Shown: positions 1-8,485, counted from the first letter of the stretch. The stretch: DNA of 39,712 nucleotides from Minisyncoccota bacterium (GCA_041389065.1 JAWKSM010000004.1:1-39712); one strand, 5' to 3'. Notes: generated from the sequence alone by a model not told the origin. Program-made: numbers and translations.

Positions 1-1
1 T

Positions 2-250
2 ACAGATATCTATCATCAATGGCAGTATTTTGATGAAGTTAAAAAAGAGTGGATTGATTCTAGTAAAATTAAGCTCGGTGTTTCTGGAGGGCGAGATGAC
101 GGTTTTCGCGGATATTCTTTTAAAAGAAGTTTAACCAACGGTACTTGGAGGGTTGTTGTTGAAACAGAACGCGGACAAAAACTTGGACAGAAAAAATTTA
201 AAATTGTTCCAAAAGAGGGAAGTGTGAAGCTTCAAGAAGAACTACTTTAA
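2..250 (+). CDS. 3' end of a DUF2914-like protein (partial, enters from window start)
   Basis: Frame is open from the window edge to TAA at 248-250. The tail ...GGRDDGFRGYSFKRSLTNGTWRVVVETERGQKLGQKKFKIV resembles the conserved DUF2914 module. A hairpin terminator follows. Confidence 0.45.
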   Translation, partial: TDIYHQWQYFDEVKKEWIDSSKIKLGVSGGRDDGFRGYSFKRSLTNGTWRVVVETERGQKLGQKKFKIVPKEGSVKLQEELL

Positions 251-274
251 AGATTTTTTAAAAAGACAAAAAGA

Positions 275-295
275 AAAACCCCTTTCGGGGTTTTT
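275..295. terminator. Bidirectional hairpin terminator between convergent genes
   Basis: aaaaacccc-tttc-ggggttttt: GC stem flanked by an A-tract and a T-tract. Confidence 0.7.
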
Positions 296-303
296 CTTTA
301 GGA

Positions 304-507
304 TTAGATTCGACTTACGTTAACGGCGTTAGGACCTTTTGGACCTTGTTCCATTTCGAATTGAACTCTGTCTCCTTCTCGTAGACTATTGAATTCTACG
401 TCAACAAGATTTGTTGCGTGAAAGAATAGATCTTTTGCTGATTCTTGATCTGGCTTAATAAAACCAAATCCTTTATCAGTAACTCTTGCGATTGTACCTG
501 TTTGCAT
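304..507 (-). CDS. cspA: Cold-shock protein (CspA family, S1-like CSD)
   Basis: 67 aa with the RNP1-like KGFGFI motif and DLFFH (RNP2-like); typical CSD length. Confidence 0.95.
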   Translation of the reverse strand: MQTGTIARVTDKGFGFIKPDQESAKDLFFHATNLVDVEFNSLREGDRVQFEMEQGPKGPNAVNVSRI

Positions 508-632
508 ACTCTATAAGAGAAACTACGCTTCTAAAATATCAAACCGATGGCTGTAGTTTTAAACCCGACTTCGTTTCTCTTACAGGTCAAATTTGATAGG
601 TCTATTTAAGCACTTTTTAAAACACTAGTCAA

Positions 633-1403
633 TTACCGAATAAAAAAGAGGATTATTATTCCGGCAATTATCCTGTAAATCGCAAAAGATGTAAAAGAGT
701 GATTTTTAATAAATTTTATGAAAAATTTGGTTGCCAGGTATGCAGAAATAAAAGCGATAATAAAACCAATAGATAATTCGAGCAAATGACCATCTATTAT
801 TATTGTGTTCGATTTTAAAATATCGTATCCAGAAGCTGCAGCTATTGTTGGGATTGCAAGAAGAAAAGAAAACTCAACTATTGCACTTCGAGATACTCCA
901 AGCCCCATTCCGCCTATTATCGTCGCGCCAGACCTTGAAACTCCGGGCACCACCGCCAATGCCTGAATTAACCCAATCCAAAAACTTTTCTTGTAAGAAA
1001 TGTCTTCAACTTTTTCTATATAATTGTTTTTGTTTTTATAAAATTTTTCAAAAATCATGATAATAATTCCACCGATTATCATTGCGAAGGCGATTACGCC
1101 CAGACTTTCAAATAAAATATTTTTTATAATTTGATAGAGTAAAAAACCGATAGCTGCTGTTGGAATCCAGGCAACTGTTATTTTTTTCCAAAGAGTTTTG
1201 CTTTCAAAAATTTTTTTAATATAAATCAAAAAAACTGCAAGTATTGCACCAAGTTGAATAATTATAATGAAAGATTTGAAAAAATCTGTTTGTCCGATTT
1301 GTAGAAGTTTTCCGGCTATTAAAAGATGGGCTGTCGATGAAATGGGCAAGAATTCTGTAATTCCTTCAACAAAACCAAGTATTATAGTATTTAATATAGT
1401 CAT
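633..1403 (-). CDS. uppP: Undecaprenyl-diphosphate phosphatase (BacA/UppP)
   Basis: 256-aa polytopic membrane protein with EFLPISSTAHL and PGVSRSGATI signature motifs. Confidence 0.93.
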   Translation of the reverse strand: MTILNTIILGFVEGITEFLPISSTAHLLIAGKLLQIGQTDFFKSFIIIIQLGAILAVFLIYIKKIFESKTLWKKITVAWIPTAAIGFLLYQIIKNILFESLGVIAFAMIIGGIIIMIFEKFYKNKNNYIEKVEDISYKKSFWIGLIQALAVVPGVSRSGATIIGGMGLGVSRSAIVEFSFLLAIPTIAAASGYDILKSNTIIIDGHLLELSIGFIIAFISAYLATKFFIKFIKNHSFTSFAIYRIIAGIIILFFIR

Positions 1404-1482
1404 AATTAAAAATCAAAAAAGCTCGTTTATTATAGCAAATTTTCACTATCATTGTTTATTTCTTGCTGATATAATCTAGACT

Positions 1483-2118
1483 ATGAAAATAATAGCCTTA
1501 TCATGTTCTCCTTCTCGTGGAAGAAATTCTGATACGATGCTCGACAATTTTATAGTCGGTTTAAAAGAAGTTAAAAATCTTGAAATTGAGAAAATTTATC
1601 TTGGAGATATTCCGATAGATTATTATTCTTATGAAAATAGTAATGGTCCAACAGAAAATGAAATTTTGTTTAAGAATTTGATTGATAAAATGGTTTCTGC
1701 CGACGGCCTCGTGATTGCTACTCCGACATATAACTTTTCTGTGCCAGCGCATTTGAAAAATTTTATTGACAGGTTAAGACCTGTTGCGCTCGATCTTTCG
1801 CGGAAAAATAGTTTGGGTCAGCCAGTCGGGAAGCTTGGACATCTTCGAACATATTTTTTGGTTTCTGGCGGCACACCATCTTGGGCGCAAAAGATTCTTT
1901 TCTTTGCTTTTCCACCTTTTTGGCTTCGTGGAGTTTTTCTATATTTTGGTGCAAAAGTTATGGGCGCTTTTTATACGGGAAATATTCGCGCATTTGAAGA
2001 TAAAGATATTTTAGAAAAATGTAAACAAAAAGGTTCTAGATTTGGTCAGAAGGTTGTTTATAAGGTTGGGCAGGGAATTCTCGAGAATATATTTTGGCGA
2101 CCACCACAAAGCAAATAG
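1483..2118 (+). CDS. NAD(P)H-dependent FMN reductase / flavodoxin-like oxidoreductase
   Basis: N-terminal MKIIALSCSPSRGRNS and TPTYNFSVPAHLKNFIDR motifs are typical of the FMN_red family. Confidence 0.75.
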   Translation: MKIIALSCSPSRGRNSDTMLDNFIVGLKEVKNLEIEKIYLGDIPIDYYSYENSNGPTENEILFKNLIDKMVSADGLVIATPTYNFSVPAHLKNFIDRLRPVALDLSRKNSLGQPVGKLGHLRTYFLVSGGTPSWAQKILFFAFPPFWLRGVFLYFGAKVMGAFYTGNIRAFEDKDILEKCKQKGSRFGQKVVYKVGQGILENIFWRPPQSK

Positions 2119-2226
2119 TCCTAAGTCAATAGTGTTTTTTGCACTAAATGGGTGTATAATAAAGAGACTGCTATTTAAAAATAGTAAAGAGTTAGTTTAT
2201 TATAATTATAATTTCTAGTTTATTCT

Positions 2227-2478
2227 ATGAATACAAAAACAGCTTTGATTATATTGGGCGTTGCTGTGCTTATAATCGCGATTGTGGCTATTGCTCGACC
2301 TAAATCAAAAATGGATACAGATGAACCACAAATCGATCCAGTTACAGGAGAAGTTATTTTAGGAACAGGTGGTCCAGATGGTGATGGCGCAGACGCTATT
2401 CTTGGAGAATCTGCAAATGGAGAAAATGCTCCAGCAAATCCAGCTTTTCCAAAGACAGGTTTTAAACCGGTTAAATAA
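2227..2478 (+). CDS. Small N-terminally anchored protein ending in FPKTG-FKPVK
   Basis: 83-aa ORF with an N-terminal TM helix, a Gly/Asp/Pro-rich tail and an LPXTG-like FPKTG five residues from the C-terminus. A strong terminator follows. Confidence 0.55.
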   Translation: MNTKTALIILGVAVLIIAIVAIARPKSKMDTDEPQIDPVTGEVILGTGGPDGDGADAILGESANGENAPANPAFPKTGFKPVK

Positions 2479-2494
2479 AAGTTTGGTTAAATTT

Positions 2495-2527
2495 AAAAGA
2501 GGCGCGGGCGAAGCCCGCGCCTCTTTT
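2495..2527. terminator. Bidirectional intrinsic terminator
   Basis: aaaagaggcgcgggc-gaa-gcccgcgcctctttt: perfect GC-rich stem with A and T tracts on both sides. Confidence 0.85.
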
Positions 2528-2534
2528 AAATTTC

Positions 2535-3125
2535 CTAATAAACTCTCTCCGTAAAAACAACAAGTCTTGAATCGTGAGTGTTTAACAAATCATTCCAAGT
2601 TCCATCGCAAGTTATAAGATTAAGTTTTGAAATTCCATCAGCTGAAGAAAAAATTTCTGTTGTGTCTTCGTATAAAGAAACACTTTTTATATCAACAACC
2701 TTAAAAAAAGTTTTTTGTCCGTAATTATTTGTAATCGTAACAGTATCGCCCAAATGTATATTTTTTAAATTTGTGAAAACCGCATCTTCTCCGTGTTTCC
2801 AGTTTACATGACCAGCAAGAACGGCGCTTCCTGGTTCACCTGGTTTTGTTCCTAAACTATACCATCCGACATTATGACCAAAAGTCGGAACCGCCATCGC
2901 ACCATCTAAAATACCAACAGATTCTATCGGGGCATTTACACCAATACTTTCTATAGAAATTTTTGCCGGATATGTGTTTCTCTTAATTTCTGTTCTGTGA
3001 ACAATAACTTCAGCCTCCAGAGGCTTTTCTGGTGCCCACAAGGCAAAAAAGCACATTATTCCAAATATTCCAAAAGCGAGAATTTGCGGTAGTTTTTTCA
3101 TGGGCTTCATTATATTACAAGCCAC
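2535..3125 (-). CDS. Sortase-family transpeptidase (class E/F-like)
   Basis: N-terminal TM helix, catalytic His context LAGHV, Cys motif LITCDG and Arg in SRLVVF. Confidence 0.8.
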   Translation of the reverse strand: MACNIMKPMKKLPQILAFGIFGIMCFFALWAPEKPLEAEVIVHRTEIKRNTYPAKISIESIGVNAPIESVGILDGAMAVPTFGHNVGWYSLGTKPGEPGSAVLAGHVNWKHGEDAVFTNLKNIHLGDTVTITNNYGQKTFFKVVDIKSVSLYEDTTEIFSSADGISKLNLITCDGTWNDLLNTHDSRLVVFTERVY

Positions 3126-3242
3126 AAAATGAAGATAGTCTCTGTTTTTGGTATAATAATTTTATGAAAAATACTAATAAAATATCTTTATTTTTGATTT
3201 TGGCAATATTTTTATTTTTAATTTTTTATCTAAGTTAAAGAT

Positions 3243-3482
3243 ATGATTTCTAGTGGATTGACGCACAAAATTCCAAATGATTTTAAAGAAGTTTTGTCTT
3301 CTTCGACAAAGTCACTTTTGACTTGGGAAGATATTACGCCTCTTGCAAGAAATGAGTGGATTTGTTGGATTACTTCTGCAAAAAAAATTGAAACAAGAAA
3401 AAAGAGAATCAGAATAGCTCTTGAAAATTTAAAGAAAGGGAAGCGTCGACCATGTTGCTGGTCTGGCTGCACTCACAGGTAA
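3243..3482 (+). CDS. YdeI/OmpD-associated family protein (short form)
   Basis: TPLARNEWICWI...AKK.ETR..RI......L..GKRRPCCWSGCTHR matches the conserved YdeI C-terminal pattern. Confidence 0.7.
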   Translation: MISSGLTHKIPNDFKEVLSSSTKSLLTWEDITPLARNEWICWITSAKKIETRKKRIRIALENLKKGKRRPCCWSGCTHR

Positions 3483-3484
3483 AA

Positions 3485-4342
3485 TTATTTTTTAGCTTGA
3501 TGAACAACAACTTGTGGAAATGGTATTTCAATACCATTTTTATCAAAAGAAATTTTTAATCTTTTTCTTAATTCTCCAGCCACTTCCCATTGTTTTGTAG
3601 GAATTGTTTCTCCTGTTATTTTTATAACAACAGAAGAATCAGCAAAATCATTTACTCTTAGAAATTTAGGTGCTTTTGTAATCAGTTTTCCGAAATACTC
3701 ATCATTTGAAATGTTTTCACCAACATTATTTACTACTTCTATAACTTTTTCTAGATCAGATTCATATCCAACACCAATATCTATATTTATTCCGGAAAAT
3801 CCTTTTGTTTGATTTGAAACTCTTTTAATTTCTCCGTGCGGGATGTGGTGAACTGCACCATCTAGGTCACGAAGTGAAGTCATCCGTAAACTTATATCTT
3901 CAACTGTTCCACATGTTTGATCGAAACATACAGTATCTCCGACTCTGTATTGGTTTTCTAAAATTATAAAAAGTCCTGAAATTATATCTCTGATTAAGTA
4001 TTGTCCACCAAAACCAAGTGCTAATCCGACAATCCCAGCCGCAGCAAGAAAGGGTCCAATATCAAACCCAATCTCTTTTAAGATAATTAGCATAGTAATT
4101 ATCAAAATAATAATATTGATAGTTCCAGATAATATTCTTATTATTGTATTTTCTCTTTTTTCTTCTGCCTCTTTTGAAGAAAATCCGCCAGAGCGAATCA
4201 TTTTTCTAATAATATTACCGAGAAATGCACGACTAATGTACTTTAGTATAAAAGCTAAAATTAAAATTAGTATTATCTTTACACCATGATCTAATAACCA
4301 ATTTAATAAAACTTCACTCCATTTATTATCTAAATTCAACAT
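3485..4342 (-). CDS. mscS: Small-conductance mechanosensitive channel (MscS family)
   Basis: Three TM helices followed by the MscS beta-domain pattern (ENQYRVGD.V...G.VEDISLR.T.LRD.DG..HHIP). Confidence 0.9.
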   Translation of the reverse strand: MLNLDNKWSEVLLNWLLDHGVKIILILILAFILKYISRAFLGNIIRKMIRSGGFSSKEAEEKRENTIIRILSGTINIIILIITMLIILKEIGFDIGPFLAAAGIVGLALGFGGQYLIRDIISGLFIILENQYRVGDTVCFDQTCGTVEDISLRMTSLRDLDGAVHHIPHGEIKRVSNQTKGFSGINIDIGVGYESDLEKVIEVVNNVGENISNDEYFGKLITKAPKFLRVNDFADSSVVIKITGETIPTKQWEVAGELRKRLKISFDKNGIEIPFPQVVVHQAKK

Positions 4343-4435
4343 ATTTTTATATTAACATAATTTATTATGAAAATAAGTACTTATTTCTACTAGCTATATG
4401 TTGCTGATAATAAGTTTTTTATATAAAATAAATTT

Positions 4436-4876
4436 ATGAATAAAAATATATTTTGGGGTACGGCGGCTTTTGGTGGAATACTTTTAATAGCTTTGGTTTT
4501 ACCAAAAACTAAAAATATTGATGACATTGAGAATACAAGTAGTTCCGAAGAAGCCATTATTGTATTATCTCAAGATTTTTCTAGTTTCCCTATTTATCCA
4601 AATGCAAATATAAAAAACATAAACGATATAGATGGAGAAAAGGCTCGAGATGCTTCTGTTAGTTTGAGCACTTTTGATAGTAAAAATAATATTCATGAAT
4701 GGTATCGTGAAGCTTTAAGTGTCGATGGATGGTCAATAAAGAGTGACAAAAATGTAGCTGGTTATCAGATTATTCAGGGTGAGAAACAAAATCTCTATAC
4801 TTCACTACAAGTTGCTGGTGGGGCAGAAGATGGTGAGTTAATTATTAGCCAGCAATTAAAAATTCGAAAACAATAA
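4436..4876 (+). CDS. Hypothetical membrane-anchored or secreted protein
   Basis: 146-aa ORF with an N-terminal hydrophobic anchor. I recognise no family. Confidence 0.5.
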   Translation: MNKNIFWGTAAFGGILLIALVLPKTKNIDDIENTSSSEEAIIVLSQDFSSFPIYPNANIKNINDIDGEKARDASVSLSTFDSKNNIHEWYREALSVDGWSIKSDKNVAGYQIIQGEKQNLYTSLQVAGGAEDGELIISQQLKIRKQ

Positions 4877-4927
4877 GTTGATATACTACGTATATTTATT
4901 AAGCTTTTGGTGTATAATTTAGGGTAT

Positions 4928-5380
4928 ATGAAAAAATTACTTGGTATTTCTTCGTTTTTAGCAATATTTGCTGGTGTTTTGCTGATACTTGCTGGTATTT
5001 GGGGAATTTCTTTTACTTATAACACTATTGCAAGGGAGAATATCACAACACCATCAGATGCATCAATACCTGACACTCCTGTTAGAGGTCCACTAACTTT
5101 ACAATCTCAAGCAGATATAATACGACACCATGTGCTTGAAACAACAGATGGAAAAACGTACTCTGAAATGCCATCAAAAGTAGAAAAAATACAACCCGAT
5201 GGAACTTTCGCAATGGTTCCAAATGATGCTCGCACTATATGGATCACCGCAACCACCCTCATTACTGCGTTACATCTTGGTATTATTACATATGTATTTT
5301 CAGGATTGGTTATATTTATAGGATTTATATCTGTTTGGACTGGTATAACTTTCTATGCTTTAAAAAAGAGTTTTGTTTGA
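4928..5380 (+). CDS. Hypothetical two-TM membrane protein
   Basis: The ORF track gives 4907-5380. An internal ATG at 4928 (MKKLLG...) gives a canonical signal-anchor start. TM helices sit at both ends. Confidence 0.55.
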   Translation: MKKLLGISSFLAIFAGVLLILAGIWGISFTYNTIARENITTPSDASIPDTPVRGPLTLQSQADIIRHHVLETTDGKTYSEMPSKVEKIQPDGTFAMVPNDARTIWITATTLITALHLGIITYVFSGLVIFIGFISVWTGITFYALKKSFV

Positions 5381-5583
5381 CTGCAAATACGGTGCTAAAG
5401 CTCGCTCAAAGAGCACTTCAGATTTTCAAAAGTTCTGAACCTGCTGAAAAAAGAGCTTTCTTGAACTATCTACTTCAGAACCCGACTGTAGACGGAAAAA
5501 AGCTATATTTTACAATAGCTTCTCCGTTTAATTTAGTACTAGAACTGGCTGACAGTCCTAACTGGCTCCCCGTCTCGAGTTAG
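5380..5583 (+). pseudogene. Orphan C-terminal fragment of a large serine recombinase (scar)
   Basis: Frame-1 translation ...EKRAFLNYLLQNPTVDGKKLYFTIASPFNLVLELADSPNWLP resembles the extreme C-terminal tail of recombinase-family proteins (compare ILEKRELLGNL.GKIKLKD in the intact copy at 13920-15224). It has no N-terminal catalytic domain and starts right at the stop codon of the upstream gene. Confidence 0.45.
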
Positions 5584-5726
5584 AACTAAGAAGCTCATTG
5601 CAGGGTAAGGTCATTTTAGCACTAAAATCGGAATTTTTCGACGCGTCTCGAGCACATCAAAAAGTTACAAAAGTGACACGAATCAGCCCTTAAAAATTAC
5701 ATTGCTCTGTAACCTTTTTCTAAGAC

Positions 5727-6104
5727 TTAAATTAGAGCTTCCTGCTCAAGTTCGTGCCACTCACCGGGGTCAATATCTAACATATGTTTATACCCAGTCA
5801 CAAGTTTCTTGGCTAGTTCATTCCTTCTCATCAAGTCATGACTTTCTATGTGTGGCGGAGGAATCTTATTTAAGCTGCGTAGATCTTGAACAAACATCAT
5901 AGTCTTTCTTTTTAAATCTAGATACTCGAAATAAAGTCTTTCACATTCCAGATCAAACATCCATATCTCACCACAGGAATGACAGTAAAATTCTTTCTTT
6001 GTGTGCCCTATTTTCGCAGCAGGTTGACCTTCTGGCTTAACGGTGGCGAAATTCAGATCTGACACTTTTACACTAATTGAATTACATTTTTTACAAGTAA
6101 CCAT
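5727..6104 (-). CDS. Zn-ribbon protein (CxxC...CxxC), last gene of the Shedu-like cassette
   Basis: 125 aa with CKKC near the N-terminus and CHSC about 35 residues later. Starts 9 nt after the upstream gene's stop. Confidence 0.6.
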   Translation of the reverse strand: MVTCKKCNSISVKVSDLNFATVKPEGQPAAKIGHTKKEFYCHSCGEIWMFDLECERLYFEYLDLKRKTMMFVQDLRSLNKIPPPHIESHDLMRRNELAKKLVTGYKHMLDIDPGEWHELEQEALI

Positions 6105-6113
6105 ATAAAAATA

Positions 6114-7268
6114 TTAATTAATGTGATCCTCTAAGATCTTTATGTAATTTAGAAGTCGACCAAGAAGTTCGTCGTAGGTAACAAAGATAATATTTTTTGT
6201 TGAGAGACAAAGTAGACGAAAATCATCACTTTGTTTCTGTTCTACAAATTTTTTAGTATCTCCTGCCAAAATGATTCCGCGGGGACGAAGTACCTTCATA
6301 TTAATCTTGTAATTATCTAAAATGTAGCCACGAACAGCTGCTGCATTATTGGAAATATTTTCAATATAATTTTCTGTCTGGATTACGGCTTTCGCGATTT
6401 CAGAATCCCAAAAATAATTATTACGGCCTGAGTCGTGTTTAAGTATAGGTGTATCAGGACGTTTTATTTCTAAAATATCCAAGTAGTTGTCGTGAGTTAT
6501 AAGACAAAAGTCTGGAAATTTTGTCTTACCGATCACGATATTCATTTTTTCAATCGCCTGAATATAACCCTGCTGGATTATAAGAATATTTTTCTTTATA
6601 TAGGTTTGCCACCAAGATTCCGTGTGTCCTGCATTTATTTGTTTTTCCAAATCTACGGCAAGTTCTTTAAGGCTTTTTATTTGAGTGGTTGCTTTCATTA
6701 AGTTAACCGCACTCAGAGATTCCGAAGAGATAAATTCTGGCAGAAAAGTATTTATAGCCTCTTTGTCGGAAATTGAAAGTCTTGTAACAATATTTGGGTC
6801 AAGAATCTTAGACAGTGTTCCTGGAACATACGCATTTATTTCTCTTTCTTCAAAATGTGTAGGATGCATGCGTGAGAACATGCTCGAAACGATATCGGTC
6901 TTTATATCACGACCCCTATCGAAAAGCTCACTATTCATTTTTGAAAATGTTTTCTGGGAAATTTTTACGCGGTGTATTTTTCTTTCTACGGTTATTGAAT
7001 CAATTTCCGCGGTTATGATTAAGTGAAAATTTTCAAATTTCCTTTTCAGTATTTCAAGTATGTGTTTTCCAAACCCGATCTTTCCGTCATTTCCAAGATT
7101 CTTAGGCTTTTTACCTTCGAAATAAATCCTCGTACCCTTCAAAAGATTTCCGTAACTTTTATTACTTACAACAACATATCCTTTTCTGAGTTTGGTAACC
7201 CTTTTGTTATTAGATTTCTTTTTCTTTGTACCGCTGATAGGTTTTTTGGTCCCAGTTATCTTTTTCAT
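6114..7268 (-). CDS. sduA: Shedu-like DUF4263 PD-(D/E)xK nuclease with a Lys-rich N-terminal extension
   Basis: C-terminal half reads HTESWWQTYIKKN...FPDFCLITHDNYLDILEIKRP...AVIQTENYI...PRGIILAG...IIFVTYDELL. This matches the DUF4263/Shedu layout (E..WQ, D...EIK core, Q..nY, terminal TYDeLL). Confidence 0.7.
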   Translation of the reverse strand: MKKITGTKKPISGTKKKKSNNKRVTKLRKGYVVVSNKSYGNLLKGTRIYFEGKKPKNLGNDGKIGFGKHILEILKRKFENFHLIITAEIDSITVERKIHRVKISQKTFSKMNSELFDRGRDIKTDIVSSMFSRMHPTHFEEREINAYVPGTLSKILDPNIVTRLSISDKEAINTFLPEFISSESLSAVNLMKATTQIKSLKELAVDLEKQINAGHTESWWQTYIKKNILIIQQGYIQAIEKMNIVIGKTKFPDFCLITHDNYLDILEIKRPDTPILKHDSGRNNYFWDSEIAKAVIQTENYIENISNNAAAVRGYILDNYKINMKVLRPRGIILAGDTKKFVEQKQSDDFRLLCLSTKNIIFVTYDELLGRLLNYIKILEDHIN

Positions 7269-7271
7269 GGC

Positions 7272-7517
7272 TTAGTGTTTCTTGTCTCTGGGAGGGTTTG
7301 GATCCTTTCCGGGTGCAACCGTATCACTGTCTCTAATTGGACCACCGTTAGGTTTATGAATCCTCACTTCACCGCCTCCTGATTTGCCTGATAACTCCTT
7401 TGCTAGTTTTTCTGCTTCTGCTTGAGTTCCAACAATAGCTGCGGCTCGATCCGCACCAGCTTTTAATACTTTCCAACCATCCGAATTTTTCGGATTAGTC
7501 ACATGATAGTTTGCCAT
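7272..7517 (-). CDS. DUF2188 domain protein
   Basis: MANYHV...DGWKV...A.RA......TQAEAEKLAKEL......EVRIHKPNG.IRDSDT...DPNPP is the classic DUF2188 pattern. Confidence 0.8.
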   Translation of the reverse strand: MANYHVTNPKNSDGWKVLKAGADRAAAIVGTQAEAEKLAKELSGKSGGGEVRIHKPNGGPIRDSDTVAPGKDPNPPRDKKH

Positions 7518-7534
7518 ATTATTTATGAACTAAT

Positions 7535-8194
7535 TTATAAATTATGCACATACTCGATGTCGTCTTCGGGACGTCCAGTCGGAATTGTGCGTATAAACTT
7601 TCCAAAGATTCTGGAAGTTTCATCGAGAACAATAGGTTGATATCCTTTTGCTTCGGGGTGGAGTATAGCAAGACCTTGTGTTGTTTGTAATCTTTTAAGA
7701 ACAGCCATATCACCAATTATCGCAACAACCCTGTCTCCATTTCCAACAAATTCAGTCTTCTCAACCAGGACATAATCACCGTTATAGATACCGGCATCTA
7801 TCATACTGTTTCCGATAGCCTTAACGGCAACAACCTCTTTGTTTGATCCAACTAAACTCGGAGCCACAGTCAAATACTCTCCAAATTGTTCTTGGGCATA
7901 AACAGACATTGCATCACAGCCAACAGAAGCAATGACTGGTATTTTTAGAAACTGGTTCTTAGAAAAGATGTCGTGATTAACGACTGTAATTCCTCGGTGT
8001 TTAAAGCTATCTCGGCGTATCAAACCTTTTTTCTCTAAGGCGTCCAATCTTTGGGTTACGCTCCGAAGAGATTTTAGCTTGAAGTGTTCCTTGATTTCTG
8101 TAATCAGCGGGGAGAAACCGTTTTTTCTAATAGAGGCTTCTAGGAATTCCAGCGTTTCTTTTTGTTTAGTTGTGAGTATGGTCTGAAGGGCCAC
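7535..8194 (-). CDS. lexA: LexA-type repressor (winged-helix plus S24 autopeptidase), GTG start
   Basis: N-terminal LT.KQ.E.L.F......NGFSP...EI......S..SV...L..LEKKGLIRR. S24 catalytic Ser in GNSM and Lys in LKRL. Putative cleavage region IASVGCDA. Confidence 0.85.
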   Translation of the reverse strand: MALQTILTTKQKETLEFLEASIRKNGFSPLITEIKEHFKLKSLRSVTQRLDALEKKGLIRRDSFKHRGITVVNHDIFSKNQFLKIPVIASVGCDAMSVYAQEQFGEYLTVAPSLVGSNKEVVAVKAIGNSMIDAGIYNGDYVLVEKTEFVGNGDRVVAIIGDMAVLKRLQTTQGLAILHPEAKGYQPIVLDETSRIFGKFIRTIPTGRPEDDIEYVHNL

Positions 8195-8307
8195 AACGTA
8201 ATTATATCACTTACATTTTACTGGTCAAATATTTAAACAGCCACTTATCCACACAATATACACAACTTTGCTTGATTCTTTGCAAACACTTCTGATATAG
8301 TCACTTT

Positions 8308-8454
8308 ATGCCTTACGAACTTCAATTAAAACCTTTTACAGGGACAGACGGTATTAAGTGCAAAATCATTGAGATCACTGATATTGCTTTTCATACAACT
8401 AAAAAGACACCCACTCCTTCCGTTGGTAAAAAGATTCAAAAAGGCTTTCAATAA
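8308..8454 (+). CDS. Possible 48-aa early-gene ORF divergent from the repressor
   Basis: ATG at 8308, stop at 8452-8454; first ATG ORF downstream of the divergent control region. No recognisable HTH. Confidence 0.25.
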   Translation: MPYELQLKPFTGTDGIKCKIIEITDIAFHTTKKTPTPSVGKKIQKGFQ

Positions 8455-8485
8455 ATTAAACCAACCAGACAGAATCTATTCCCCA

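Noticed and set aside
5239-5583. 114-aa track ORF treated as a single gene
   Set aside because: Its first ~47 codons are an out-of-frame overlap of the membrane protein gene 4928-5380. Only the part after 5380 has protein-like, recombinase-tail character, so it is treated as a gene fragment.
7519-7716. 65-aa minus-strand ORF overlapping the 3' end of the LexA-type gene
   Set aside because: It is out of frame within a well-supported S24 peptidase domain and has no independent support.
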